Shown: positions 1 to 10,098, numbered from the stretch's first letter. The stretch: DNA of 64,000 nucleotides from an uncultured Bacilli bacterium (GCA_944358415.1 CALVRA010000003.1:17790-81789); one strand, 5' to 3'. Numbers and translations are program-made. Notes: generated from the letters alone by a model not told the origin.

Positions 1-442
1 TTTGATTAGCTTCAATACTCATCATTAAATCTAAGTATTCTTCGTTTTCTATTGGATAAGAAAAGATACATAGATTTTCAGTTTTGACGTTTTTTTTCGT
101 TCTTAAAGCTGTTTCTAATATGGCTATATCGGATGTTATTTCATCGTATTTATCTGTTCCTTTATAGTTTAAAATGGTTTTTATCATTATAAAGGTGATG
201 ATACTATGACCATATTCTTTTTCAAAATATTCGTCTAGTAGTTTGACTTGGTCACGGTAATCGTTTGTATTGCTTATACATGAATAGTCTTTTTTATAAA
301 TCATCATTACTAATTTAACTAGATCATATTTTTGAAATTTTTGTTTTTTAATAGTATATTCTATGGCCTGTTCTACTATATCATATACTGGATTATTGAA
401 CTCAGTTTTTAATTTTAAGTTTAATAGTTTTTCATCATTCAT
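1..442 (-). CDS. hypothetical protein (partial; N-terminal ~147 codons, 3' end outside window)
   Basis: Hand translation of the minus strand from ATG at 442-440 (AAGGGG SD-like motif just upstream) runs to the window edge with no stop (MNDEKLLNLKLKTEFNNPVYDIVEQAIEYTIKK...). No family recognised. Confidence 0.45.
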   Translation of the reverse strand, partial: MNDEKLLNLKLKTEFNNPVYDIVEQAIEYTIKKQKFQKYDLVKLVMMIYKKDYSCISNTNDYRDQVKLLDEYFEKEYGHSIITFIMIKTILNYKGTDKYDEITSDIAILETALRTKKNVKTENLCIFSYPIENEEYLDLMMSIEANQ

Positions 443-511
443 TGTATTTCCCCTTCTTTACTATTAACATTATAACAAAATTTATTTAGAAAAAAAAGAG
501 CAATTTATGCT

Positions 512-1948
512 CTAGAAAGTTTCAATTAAATTCATGGTTTTTGTATTGGCTATTATTTCGACATTTATTTCACTTAGTTTTTCATAGTTGTATACTTTGT
601 TTTCTTTTAAGTTATTAATAAAATCATTATATCTTTGTTTTTCATTATTATAGCCATCTACATAATCATAGTTTATGGAAAAATAGTTATATGGTTTTTG
701 ACATAGATGATTCTTATCTAAAGATAGGCATTCGTTATCGGTAAAGCTATAGTTTATATCATTATAGATATCTATTTTAGTACTATCTTTATCATAAGTT
801 AATTTTAGTTTAAAGGTATTATCAGGTAATGTTTCATCTATGGTTTTATTCATTTTTCCGTGTAATCTAAAGTCGATATAGACATTTTTATCGGTTTGAT
901 ATTCTTTTATTTCAGTTTCTTTTTTAAAGTTTATTGGTGCTTCATCTATATATTCAATATTAGTTATCATATCAATGAAAAATAGTATTCCAAATATAGT
1001 AGTGGCAAGTCCGATAAAAAATGGAATAATTGTGGTTTTTCCTTTGGAAAATGTAAGATTATATATTATAATAGTGAACCAAATACATAAAATTGATACG
1101 CCTAGTAATAGTAAAGTAAGGCCTAGAAGATTAATTCCCTTTATCCAATAAAATATTGAAATGAATAATCCTAAAACGGCCATAAAATCAAGGAAGAAAA
1201 GTGGGAGTAATATGATTATTACTGTCCATATTTTGACGATTAAAAGAATTACTGAGCCGATTGTTGGACCATTTTTTTTAATTATTTTAACTTGTTTTTC
1301 TTCTTTATCTTGTTTTTTGTTTTCTTTTTTTAATTGAGTATTTTCTTTTGTATTTATTTTTTCAATAGTGTCTTTTTTAAAATACTGTTTAAATAAAGCG
1401 ACAATGATAAGAAGAGCAATGCCAAAGTATAGAGCAATAAATAAAAGTAAAAGAATTATTTTGATTAAGCCACTAAACGGAGAGAAAAAAGTTTCAGCAA
1501 AGGAATATCCTAGGTTTTTGAATATTCTAAAAGGAATGGTTAATACAGCTAGTATGATTAAGGTACAAAAAATTTTAATGATTATTTCGAAAGCTAGATT
1601 TAAGTTTTTTTCAGTATCATTATCTTTAATGGTGTTTGCGAATTCTCTTGTCATATCAGCTAGTTTTCCAGCACCTTTTTTAATTAGCGTCTCTCCTTTT
1701 TGGGTGAATTTATCAAAGTTTGTATCTTTATATTCAGGATTTATTTTATAAGCATCTAAAATATCACTTACTAAATCTTCAATGTCGCCAAAGTCTTTAA
1801 CAGCCTCTTCTTCATTTTGACCATGCTTGATTTTTTCTTCAATGGTGTCTTTATACTCTTCTATAATATCTTTTCTTTCTTTATCATTTAAGATGGATAA
1901 TTCTTTATCTAATTTTTCTAAAAATTCTTTTTTAGTCATTTTTATCAC
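512..1948 (-). CDS. membrane protein with N-terminal DUF1700/HAAS-type domain (PadR-associated sensor)
   Basis: The N-terminus KKEFLEKLDKELSILNDKERKDIIEEYKDTIEEKIKHG is typical of DUF1700. Several long hydrophobic helices follow. It overlaps the upstream PadR gene by 17 nt. Confidence 0.7.
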   Translation of the reverse strand: MIKMTKKEFLEKLDKELSILNDKERKDIIEEYKDTIEEKIKHGQNEEEAVKDFGDIEDLVSDILDAYKINPEYKDTNFDKFTQKGETLIKKGAGKLADMTREFANTIKDNDTEKNLNLAFEIIIKIFCTLIILAVLTIPFRIFKNLGYSFAETFFSPFSGLIKIILLLLFIALYFGIALLIIVALFKQYFKKDTIEKINTKENTQLKKENKKQDKEEKQVKIIKKNGPTIGSVILLIVKIWTVIIILLPLFFLDFMAVLGLFISIFYWIKGINLLGLTLLLLGVSILCIWFTIIIYNLTFSKGKTTIIPFFIGLATTIFGILFFIDMITNIEYIDEAPINFKKETEIKEYQTDKNVYIDFRLHGKMNKTIDETLPDNTFKLKLTYDKDSTKIDIYNDINYSFTDNECLSLDKNHLCQKPYNYFSINYDYVDGYNNEKQRYNDFINNLKENKVYNYEKLSEINVEIIANTKTMNLIETF

Positions 1949-2255
1949 TCTCCTTAATAAAATTATTTACAGAATCACTAAATTCTTTCCAAACATCTTT
2001 TAATTCTTTAAGCCTTTTTTGACCTAAAACGGTGATTTTATAGTATTTTCTTGATGGTCCTTCTTTTGATTCTTGTAGATAGGTTTCAAAATAATTTTCG
2101 TTAGTTAGTCTTTTTAGTAATGGATAAATTGTTCCTTCATTAACATCAACTACTTTTGAAACTTCTAAAACTAATTCATAACCGTACATATCACGTTTAT
2201 TTACTGAAACTAAAACTATGAGTTCCAATACGCCTTTTTTAAATTGTGAATTCAT
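1932..2255 (-). CDS. PadR family transcriptional regulator
   Basis: 107 aa with the PadR winged-helix signature (YGYELV...EGTIYPLLKRLTNENY...RKYYKIT). Confidence 0.85.
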   Translation of the reverse strand: MNSQFKKGVLELIVLVSVNKRDMYGYELVLEVSKVVDVNEGTIYPLLKRLTNENYFETYLQESKEGPSRKYYKITVLGQKRLKELKDVWKEFSDSVNNFIKESDKND

Positions 2256-2401
2256 AAATCACCTCTTTTAAGTAAATTATATATTAACTACCTTGTATTG
2301 TCAAGTACTAAACTATAAAAAGTAGTTAGGCATTTGTCAAATAAAGGAAAAAAGATTGAAAATGGCTTATATTTGTAGTATACTTATTTTAATAGGAGGA
2401 T

Positions 2402-2935
2402 ATGAAAATGAACGAAAAGTATCCATTTGGAAATAATTCTTTAGATTATAATCCTGAGATAAAAACTAATCAAAATATAGAAGCTATTAACAGTTTACTT
2501 AGTGAATGGGATGATGATAAAAGTGAAACTCAGGCGTTTAGTTTAGATGATCAAGCTAATTTTACCTCAAGTTTAGATTTTACGGATTCAAATAGTTCTG
2601 ATTTAAATGATGGGGCTTTGGAAAATATTTCAAAAAATGTTCAAAGTATTGATGATCCTTTAGAGAAGACTATGGAAATAAAGAGTGTTGATATAGAAGA
2701 AGTTAAAAATTTATTAAATGAACTCCATGAACTTTACGATGAACCAAAGGAAGAAATTTCTGAAAATACAGCACAAGGTCAAAATAAAGGAAAAGCACTT
2801 GTTAAGGCAACAAAACAAGGTATCGCTTTTTCTAACGGAAGTATGACAAGAACTTTTCTTGATTGCACTATTTTATGTTTTGTGACAGCATCCATGGGAT
2901 TTGGTATGCTTATGTATATATTTAGTCACATATAA
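2402..2935 (+). CDS. hypothetical acidic protein with C-terminal transmembrane anchor
   Basis: AGGAGG SD lies directly upstream of the ATG. The N-terminal two-thirds are D/E/S-rich. The C-terminus is hydrophobic (FLDCTILCFVTASMGFGMLMYIF). It sits immediately upstream of sigK. Confidence 0.5.
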   Translation: MKMNEKYPFGNNSLDYNPEIKTNQNIEAINSLLSEWDDDKSETQAFSLDDQANFTSSLDFTDSNSSDLNDGALENISKNVQSIDDPLEKTMEIKSVDIEEVKNLLNELHELYDEPKEEISENTAQGQNKGKALVKATKQGIAFSNGSMTRTFLDCTILCFVTASMGFGMLMYIFSHI

Positions 2936-2959
2936 TTAAGGGTTTACCTTAATTTTTTT
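2936..2959 (+). terminator. rho-independent terminator
   Basis: TTAAGG-GTTTA-CCTTAA hairpin followed by T7, immediately after the stop codon at 2935. Confidence 0.6.
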
Positions 2960-2994
2960 GTATTCAATCACATATATTTTTATTAGAGGTGTGA

Positions 2995-3690
2995 TTGATG
3001 TTTGAATTTTTAAAAAAGTTATTTAAAGATTTTTATCTTTTTACGGCTTCATATTCTAATAATGTATTTCCTGACCCACTTTCTAAGGATGATGAGGAAA
3101 AGTATATTAAACTAGCCAACATGGGTGACAAAGAAGCTAGAAATAAGCTAATTGAGCACAATTTACGTTTAGTTGCTCATATTGTAAAAAAATATGAGCA
3201 TGGGTCGCAAATGAGTGATGATTTAATTAGTATTGGGACAATTGGGTTAATTAAAGGGGTTGATAGTTACTCTTTTAAGCACAAAACAAGACTGACAACT
3301 TACTGTGCGAGATGTATTGAAAATGAGATATTAATGTTTTTTAGGTCAGATAAGAAAAATAGTAAGAATATTAGTATTGATGAGCCAATTGGATTTGATA
3401 AAGAAGGTAATGCAATTACTTTTTTAGATATTTTGAAAACTGATAAGCCGGATTTTGCTTTGGATTTACATATTCAAGATAATATTAAATTACTAAAAAA
3501 ATATTTTTCAATTTTAACTGATAGAGAGAAAGAAATTATTATTAAAAGATATGGTTTAAACGGGAAAGATGAAGTTACACAAAAAGAGATTGCGAAAGAG
3601 CTTGGCATTTCTAGGAGTTATGTTTCAAGGATTGAAAAAAGAGCTTTAACAAAAATGCTTAGAGAGTTTATAAAAAATAATAATGGATAA
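2995..3690 (+). CDS. sigK: RNA polymerase sporulation sigma factor SigK (uninterrupted)
   Basis: From memory it is close to B. subtilis SigK: pro-sequence SYSNNVFPDPLSKDDEEKY, NLIEHNLRLVAHIVKKYE, DLISIGTIGLIKG, TYCARCIENEILM, KEIAKELGISRSYVSRIEKRAL. The likely ATG is at 2998. Confidence 0.8.
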   Translation: MMFEFLKKLFKDFYLFTASYSNNVFPDPLSKDDEEKYIKLANMGDKEARNKLIEHNLRLVAHIVKKYEHGSQMSDDLISIGTIGLIKGVDSYSFKHKTRLTTYCARCIENEILMFFRSDKKNSKNISIDEPIGFDKEGNAITFLDILKTDKPDFALDLHIQDNIKLLKKYFSILTDREKEIIIKRYGLNGKDEVTQKEIAKELGISRSYVSRIEKRALTKMLREFIKNNNG

Positions 3691-3704
3691 TGTTGATATA
3701 TAAA

Positions 3705-3731
3705 AGAAGACTGTTGTTTAGTCTTCTTTTT
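3705..3731. terminator. bidirectional terminator shared by sigK and ileS
   Basis: AGAAGACT-GTTGTTT-AGTCTTCT hairpin with an A-run before and a T-run after. It overlaps the ileS stop codon. Confidence 0.6.
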
Positions 3732-6468
3732 CTGTTAATTCTTTTACTATTTCATGACATCTTGGACATAGATGGTCAGTTAGGTCAATTTCATTAAAGT
3801 AATTCCAACATCTTTCACATCTTTCACCATCAAATTTTTGAATTTGAACACCACAGTATTCGTATTTTGGAAGCTCTTCAGCTGTAAGAATTACATCTGA
3901 TACGATGAATAATTGTTTTAAGTTTGAAAGAATTGGCTTTAATGTTTCTTTATCTTCATCTCTTAGTTTTAAGAATACTTTAGCTTCTAATGATTTACCA
4001 ATTAATTTTTCATTTCTAGCTTCTTCTAAGGCTTTATAAACATCATTTTTAATACCAAAGAATAAATCAAAAATTTCTTTTAGTTCGGTTTCATTTTTAT
4101 AATTTTTTACTTCTGGGAAGTTTTCTAAATGAACACTTTGTTTTTTTTCACCTGGAAGTAAGTTATATACTTCTTCTGATGTATAAGGTAAAATTGGTGC
4201 CATTAATTCGATTAAAGAAGTTAAAATTTCATATAAAACGGTTTGAACACTTCTTCTTTGATGACTATCTGCCGATTCGATATATAAAATATCTTTTGTA
4301 AAGTCTAAGTAAAAATTAGAAAGTGAGTTTACATAATTATTAATTATTTTATAGATTTCATCATAGTTATAGTTATCATATTCTTTAATTACTTTAGAGA
4401 TAATGTCATTTAATTCAATTAACATATATTGGTCAGGTACTGTTAATTTATCATAAGAAACTTTATCTTTATTTGGGTTAAAATCAAATAAATTTCCTAA
4501 CATAAATCTATAAGTATTTCTGATTTTTCTATATGATTCTTTAACACCTGCTAGTAGTTCATCACTAAATCTAACATCTTCAGTGTAGTCAACGCTGGCA
4601 ACCCAAAGCCTTAAAATATCAGCGCCTTGTTTTCCAACAACATCCATTGGTCTTACGATATTGCCGATACTTTTACTCATTTTAAAACCTTTTCCGTCTA
4701 AGACAAAGCCAGCAGAAACTAATTCTTTATAAGGGCTATGTCCGCTATAGGCCATACTACAGATTAATGATGAATTAAACCAACCACGGTATTGGTCTGA
4801 ACCTTCTAAATAAACATCGGCTGGATAAGGTAATTTTCTTTCTAGTAAGGTTCCAGCCCAAGAGGTTCCAGAGTCAAACCATACATCCATGATATCAGTT
4901 TCTTTAGTGAAGTTTCCGTTTGGACTTGCTTCATTTGTGTATCCTTTTGGAAGCAATTCTTTAGCCTCTTTTTCAAACCAGATATTAGAACCATATTTTC
5001 TAAATAGTTCAGCAATATGCATCATGACATCATAATCGACAATTGGTGAACCATCTTCATTGTAGAAAATTGGAATTGGTACTCCCCAGGCTCTTTGCCT
5101 TGAAATACACCAGTCTCCCCTATCTCTAATCATGTTATAAATTCTGGTTTTTCCCCAATCAGTATGGAATTTAACGTTAGTATCTAATTCTTTTAAGATT
5201 TCATCTCTTATTTTATCAACACTACAGAACCACTGTTTTGTAGCTCTAAAGATGATTGGTTTTTTGGTTCGCCAGTCATGTGGGTATGAGTGGGTAATTT
5301 TTTTTAATTTTAATAGATAACCGTTTTCTTTTAACCACTCTGGTATTTTTTTATTAGCTTCATCTACTGATAGACCTTCAAAGATACCTGACTCTTTGGT
5401 TAAAATTCCTTGGTCATTTACTCCATTTACCATACCTAAATTATATTGTTTACCGACATTAAAATCATCTTCACCGTAAGATGGTGCGGTATGAACTAAA
5501 CCAGTTCCAGCATCTAAGGTTACATGGTCAGCTGTTACGACTGGTGAGGTTCTATCCATGAATGGATGTTTATAAATAACATTTTCTAAATCTTTTCCTT
5601 TGAATGTTGATAATACTTGGTAGTTTTCAAAACCAAATTCTTGCATTAGGCTTTCTAAAAGTTCTTTTGCAACAATATAATTATTATCATTTACTTTTGC
5701 TTTAGCGTATTCGAAGTCTTTGCCGGCGCATACTCCCATATTACCTGGTAAGGTCCATGGAGTGGTGGTCCAAATAACTAACTTATCCCCTTCATCTACA
5801 TATTCATTTCCTTTTGTAATGGTAAAGGCAACATAGATTGATGGGTCTGTTTTATCTTTATATTCGATTTCAGCTTCGGCTAGAGCAGTTTCACTACTTG
5901 GAGACCAGTAAACTGGTTTTAACCCTTGGAAAATTAGACCTTTTTCAGCCATTTTAGCAAATACTTCGATTTGTCTTGCTTCATATTCTTTATTTAAAGT
6001 TATATAAGGATGATCCCAATCACCTATTACATTTAATCTTTTGAAATCTTCTTTTTGGGTTTCTACTTGTTTTAGGGCATACTGTTTACAGTACTCTCTA
6101 AATTCAGCTATGGTCATTTTTTTTCTATCGATGCCACTATTGGTTACAGCTTGTTCGATAGGAAGTCCATGAGTATCCCAACCTGGGATATATTCTACGT
6201 AGTAGCCTTCCATCATTTTTGAACGGTTAATAAAATCTTTTAATATTTTATTTAATGAATGACCTAGATGAATATTACCGTTCGCATATGGTGGGCCATC
6301 GTGTAGGATAAATGGTTTATTATTTTTGTTTTTATTTTTAATAAGATTATATAAATCCATTTCTTCCCATTTTTGTCTTTGTAATACTTCATTTTCAGCT
6401 AAGTTACCCCTCATTTTGAATTCTGTTTTAGGCATTAATAATGTATCTTTATAATCCATGTTATACAT
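3718..6468 (-). CDS. ileS: isoleucine--tRNA ligase
   Basis: 916 aa with class I HIGH (NGNIHLGH) and KMSKS motifs, plus C-terminal zinc-binding CxxC pairs. Confidence 0.97.
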   Translation of the reverse strand: MYNMDYKDTLLMPKTEFKMRGNLAENEVLQRQKWEEMDLYNLIKNKNKNNKPFILHDGPPYANGNIHLGHSLNKILKDFINRSKMMEGYYVEYIPGWDTHGLPIEQAVTNSGIDRKKMTIAEFREYCKQYALKQVETQKEDFKRLNVIGDWDHPYITLNKEYEARQIEVFAKMAEKGLIFQGLKPVYWSPSSETALAEAEIEYKDKTDPSIYVAFTITKGNEYVDEGDKLVIWTTTPWTLPGNMGVCAGKDFEYAKAKVNDNNYIVAKELLESLMQEFGFENYQVLSTFKGKDLENVIYKHPFMDRTSPVVTADHVTLDAGTGLVHTAPSYGEDDFNVGKQYNLGMVNGVNDQGILTKESGIFEGLSVDEANKKIPEWLKENGYLLKLKKITHSYPHDWRTKKPIIFRATKQWFCSVDKIRDEILKELDTNVKFHTDWGKTRIYNMIRDRGDWCISRQRAWGVPIPIFYNEDGSPIVDYDVMMHIAELFRKYGSNIWFEKEAKELLPKGYTNEASPNGNFTKETDIMDVWFDSGTSWAGTLLERKLPYPADVYLEGSDQYRGWFNSSLICSMAYSGHSPYKELVSAGFVLDGKGFKMSKSIGNIVRPMDVVGKQGADILRLWVASVDYTEDVRFSDELLAGVKESYRKIRNTYRFMLGNLFDFNPNKDKVSYDKLTVPDQYMLIELNDIISKVIKEYDNYNYDEIYKIINNYVNSLSNFYLDFTKDILYIESADSHQRRSVQTVLYEILTSLIELMAPILPYTSEEVYNLLPGEKKQSVHLENFPEVKNYKNETELKEIFDLFFGIKNDVYKALEEARNEKLIGKSLEAKVFLKLRDEDKETLKPILSNLKQLFIVSDVILTAEELPKYEYCGVQIQKFDGERCERCWNYFNEIDLTDHLCPRCHEIVKELTEKED

Positions 6469-6480
6469 CTCCTTATTTTA

Positions 6481-7686
6481 TTATTTAACTCCCTTTTTAA
6501 ATCCTTTAGTTCCATTATATTCGCTTAAAATATTTGAGGTAAAACTTGATGTTTTGCGCATTTCATTTTTATAGTCTTTGATGGCTGATTTGATTAATTC
6601 ATCAGTTAATGTTTTATAGTCTTTACCTTTTGGTTTATATAGGTAAAAGGCAAGTGAACCTGGGATAGTGTTTGGCTCGTTGACATATATTTCTTTGGTC
6701 TTACTATTAACTAGGTAATCGATACGGCAAACACCTTTTAAATTTAATATTTTAAATACTTGTTTTGAAATTTCATATATTTTATTTTCCATTTCTTCGT
6801 CAATTTTAGCTGGGATATCAAATTCACTAGTAGACATAGAAGAAGGCATTTTACCAGCATTTTTAAAGCCTTTTCCTTTACTTCCACTTAAGTATTTATC
6901 TTCAAATGTCAGAAGTTCATGTTTCATTTTCATTTCAGCAATTAGGCTTGTTTCTTGATATTCATAGTTTCCACATACAGCACAGTTTAGTTCTAAAAGA
7001 TTTTCTATCATTTCTTCAGCAACTATTTTCTTTTCGTATTCTAAAGCCTGTTCTATTTTGCTTTCAAGTTCGTTTCTTGAATGAGCTACACCTATACCGA
7101 TGGTGCTTCCAAGATTTGCTGGTTTAATAATAACTGGATATTTTAGTTTTTCTATGTTATCTAAAACATCATCTTTATTCAAATTATATTCATAATCATA
7201 AAACCATACGTAATTTGGTATTTTTATATTATTGGCTTCTAATACTTGTTTTAAAACTACTTTATCTTGGCCTAAAGCGGCTCCTAAGACTGATGGTCCA
7301 ACAACAGGTAGACCTAGAGTTTCTAGGTAACCAGCTAAAGAGCCATCTTCTACTCCTTTTCCATGGACGATAGGAAAAGCTACATCAATGGTACCCACAT
7401 TTCTGCCGAAAAAGCCTTTGACTTTTTGGATGGTTATTTCTTTATCTTTACGGCATAAGGTTATTTCTTTAACATATTTTTTCATATTATCAAAGTATTT
7501 GAATGTTTCCATATCTCTTAGGGCATTTCCAGTATAGAAATGTCTATCTTTACTTATATATATAGGAATTATTTCATATTTTTCCTCATCAATATTTTCC
7601 ATGGCTTGGAGGGCTGATATAATACTAACTTCGTGTTCAACGGAATCTCCTCCAAAAAATACTCCAACTTTTATCATAATTTTCAC
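6481..7686 (-). CDS. ddl: D-alanine--D-alanine ligase
   Basis: VGVFFGGDSVEHEVSI N-terminus and ATP-grasp body. The probable ATG is at 7677 (MIKVGV...), 8 nt after AAGGAG. The GTG at 7686 overlaps the murF stop. Confidence 0.9.
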   Translation of the reverse strand: MKIMIKVGVFFGGDSVEHEVSIISALQAMENIDEEKYEIIPIYISKDRHFYTGNALRDMETFKYFDNMKKYVKEITLCRKDKEITIQKVKGFFGRNVGTIDVAFPIVHGKGVEDGSLAGYLETLGLPVVGPSVLGAALGQDKVVLKQVLEANNIKIPNYVWFYDYEYNLNKDDVLDNIEKLKYPVIIKPANLGSTIGIGVAHSRNELESKIEQALEYEKKIVAEEMIENLLELNCAVCGNYEYQETSLIAEMKMKHELLTFEDKYLSGSKGKGFKNAGKMPSSMSTSEFDIPAKIDEEMENKIYEISKQVFKILNLKGVCRIDYLVNSKTKEIYVNEPNTIPGSLAFYLYKPKGKDYKTLTDELIKSAIKDYKNEMRKTSSFTSNILSEYNGTKGFKKGVK

Positions 7687-9278
7687 TCCTTTTCATTAAA
7701 TATATCTGGTAAATCGTTTTCTAAAAGTACGTAGGTTTCTTTATCTTTTATTTTTTGAATTAAAGGAAAGGCTTTTAACACATCGTTAATTATATGAATT
7801 TTCTTTTCAGGATAGCCTTTTTCTTTTAATCCTTCTAATATAGGTTTTGTTTTTTCGGCTCCAACTAATATGACTTCGTCGGCGCTTTCTGATATTTGGG
7901 CACCAAATTCTTTATTTTTTTGATATTCTTCTGCCCCTAGTTCAATCATACCTGGAGTTACTACGATATGCTTCCCTGGCATCATTTTAAGGACATCTAA
8001 GGCCATTTTAGCACCGGTTGGGTTTGAGTTATAAGCATCGTCAATGATATTTAAATCACCATTTCTTTTTAATTCTAAGCGATGTTCAACTGGTTTTACT
8101 TTGGCAACTCCAGCTTTTAACTGTTCTATAGTCATGCCGAACTGTTTTCCTAAAGCAACGGCAGCCAAAATATTATATACGTTAGCATAGCCTAATAATT
8201 TAGTTTCAAATTTATAAGGTTTGTCATCGCCTTTAAAATATATATCAAATGATGTTCCTTTTGGTGATAAGCTTATGTTTTTAGCTCTAACGTCGGCATC
8301 ATTATCAATACCAATCCATTTGATTTGACAGTTATTTTTTATTTTATAATTTTTTTGCCACTCATCGTCTTTATTTAATATGCCTATGCCATCTTTTGGT
8401 AGAGATTCGATAAGTTCAAATTTAGTTTTTTGAATGTTTTCTCTTGAACCAAAGGTAGCAAGATGAGCAACACCAATTTTCGTAATAATGGCATATTTAG
8501 GATGAACTAAATCACAGAGTTCTTTGATGTCTCCCTCTTGACAAGCACCCATTTCAGCGATAAAAATATCGGTGAATTTATCTAAGTAATTATTGATGGT
8601 TATCATTAGACCAAATGGTGTATTAAAGTTTTTTGGGGTTGGAAGTGAGTTATATTTAATATTTAAGATATCGTTTAAAATGTTTTTACTACTTGTTTTA
8701 CCATAACTTCCTGTAATGCCTATTACTTTTAGGGATTTCATACTTTTTATTTTATGGATAGCTTTCTTTTTGAAATAAAGGCCAACTAAGCTTTCGACAG
8801 GTGTATTTATTAAAAGGGCTATTAAAATATAAAGTTTATTGAAATAGGCAAATAGGCCTAAAAGTAGATAACAATAGACTAAATTTAATTCATTTACGAA
8901 AAACGACATGATGAGTATTGGAAGAAGCAAAATTAAGGTGTTTGTAAAAGTTAATCTTTTGACTCTAGCTGTATATTTTAAAGGTAATTTATTTTGTGAT
9001 TTTTTTCTTTCAAAAACAAGATTCATTAAAAGTAAAATACAAATAAAATTAAATATAAGGATTAGTAATAATATATTATTTATAAATATAAATACAAATA
9101 AGATGATAAAGAAAATACTATAGTCTTTAAATAGTTTTTCTTTATTTTTATTTAACCATTTTAGATATGTTTTTTTACGATTATATTTATTTTGCTGGAG
9201 CATGTGCATAGAGTCTTCACTTTTTAAAAAGACATATACAAAATAAATAATTGTTGATATTATAAATTCTTTTGTCAT
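7683..9278 (-). CDS. murF: UDP-N-acetylmuramoyl-tripeptide--D-alanyl-D-alanine ligase with N-terminal multi-TM extension
   Basis: Mur ligase P-loop GITGSYGKTSSK, DAYNSNP, and a MurF-type C-terminal domain. The first ~170 aa are hydrophobic helices instead of a normal soluble domain 1. Confidence 0.85.
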   Translation of the reverse strand: MTKEFIISTIIYFVYVFLKSEDSMHMLQQNKYNRKKTYLKWLNKNKEKLFKDYSIFFIILFVFIFINNILLLILIFNFICILLLMNLVFERKKSQNKLPLKYTARVKRLTFTNTLILLLPILIMSFFVNELNLVYCYLLLGLFAYFNKLYILIALLINTPVESLVGLYFKKKAIHKIKSMKSLKVIGITGSYGKTSSKNILNDILNIKYNSLPTPKNFNTPFGLMITINNYLDKFTDIFIAEMGACQEGDIKELCDLVHPKYAIITKIGVAHLATFGSRENIQKTKFELIESLPKDGIGILNKDDEWQKNYKIKNNCQIKWIGIDNDADVRAKNISLSPKGTSFDIYFKGDDKPYKFETKLLGYANVYNILAAVALGKQFGMTIEQLKAGVAKVKPVEHRLELKRNGDLNIIDDAYNSNPTGAKMALDVLKMMPGKHIVVTPGMIELGAEEYQKNKEFGAQISESADEVILVGAEKTKPILEGLKEKGYPEKKIHIINDVLKAFPLIQKIKDKETYVLLENDLPDIFNEKE

Positions 9279-9279
9279 G

Positions 9280-10020
9280 TTACTTCTCCTTTATAAAATT
9301 TCTAATAATAGAAACAGTTTGGCCTAATCTTTCTAAGTAAGCATAGTGCGTGCATCCTTCATAGGGAATGACAGCCGAGTCATCAATTAAGCTTTCTAAT
9401 TCATAAGCGTCTGATATAGGAACGGCTACATCCTTAGTACCCCAGATGATAATGGCTGAGCATTTTATTTTTTTTATATCATCAGTAATATCGGTATTTA
9501 CATGTTTTACTAGTATATTTCTCATCATTGGACTAGCGTTACGATAATCTTCTGAGCCCATGTATTTTTTCATTTTTTCGGCAACATTTTTTAATCCTGG
9601 AATGGTTTTTAACTTTTTTAATATTTTTACTTTTAAGCTATTTGGATTTTTCTTTACTTTGAATGGGCTTGCGAGTAAAATTATTTTCTTTGTTTGATAT
9701 TTACTGGCATAAAGTAAGGTTAGTTTACCACCGAATGAATGACCAATTAAGATTGGGTTATCAATATTTAATGATGTTAACAATTCATGTATCATATCGA
9801 CAAAGTCATTTAATGACCAAACTTCCTTAGGCTCTTCACTTTGTCCGTGACCTGGGAGGTCTATAATAATAACATCATAATCAGTTAAGTTATCACCTAC
9901 TGGCTTCATCATTTGGATATTTTGTCCCCAGCCATGAAGAAGAACGACTGTTTGTTTATCTTTATTACCATATCTAATATAATTTATATTAATATTTTTA
10001 TATTTAAACATTTTTTTCAC
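9280..10020 (-). CDS. alpha/beta hydrolase
   Basis: HGWGQN oxyanion region and GHSFGG nucleophile elbow. 246 aa. Confidence 0.8.
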   Translation of the reverse strand: MKKMFKYKNININYIRYGNKDKQTVVLLHGWGQNIQMMKPVGDNLTDYDVIIIDLPGHGQSEEPKEVWSLNDFVDMIHELLTSLNIDNPILIGHSFGGKLTLLYASKYQTKKIILLASPFKVKKNPNSLKVKILKKLKTIPGLKNVAEKMKKYMGSEDYRNASPMMRNILVKHVNTDITDDIKKIKCSAIIIWGTKDVAVPISDAYELESLIDDSAVIPYEGCTHYAYLERLGQTVSIIRNFIKEK

Positions 10021-10069
10021 CTACACTTAATTATAGCATATCAATATTAGTTTAATCAATGTTTTCAAC

Positions 10070-10092
10070 AAAAAACGTCCTCACTTAAGGAC
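10070..10092 (-). terminator. rho-independent terminator after divIVA
   Basis: The minus strand reads GTCCT-TAAGTG-AGGAC followed by GTTTTTTG. Confidence 0.5.
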
Positions 10093-10098
10093 ATGTAT

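Noticed and set aside
1368-1751. Antisense shadow ORFs inside well-supported genes: 1368-1751, 6906-7127, 8908-9123, 10447-10641, 14323-14553, 15993-16481, 16744-17049, 18180-18377, 21412-21837, 23747-23998, 27170-27355, 28850-29035, 31410-31634, 36806-36991, 37932-38141, 38229-38429, 39289-39489, 39547-39798, 50747-50935, 52912-53136, 53942-54154, 55502-55792, 55832-56020, 57309-57491, 57684-57926, 59824-60066, 63253-63579
   Set aside because: Each lies opposite, or out of frame with, a longer ORF that has clear family motifs. Their translations are low-complexity, Leu/Phe/Ser/Ile-rich products typical of antisense reading in AT-rich DNA. None has a convincing SD.
2995-3690. A skin-like intervening element in sigK
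   Set aside because: sigK is a single uninterrupted 231-aa ORF covering the pro-sequence through region 4. The integrase islands are 20 kb away and unrelated.
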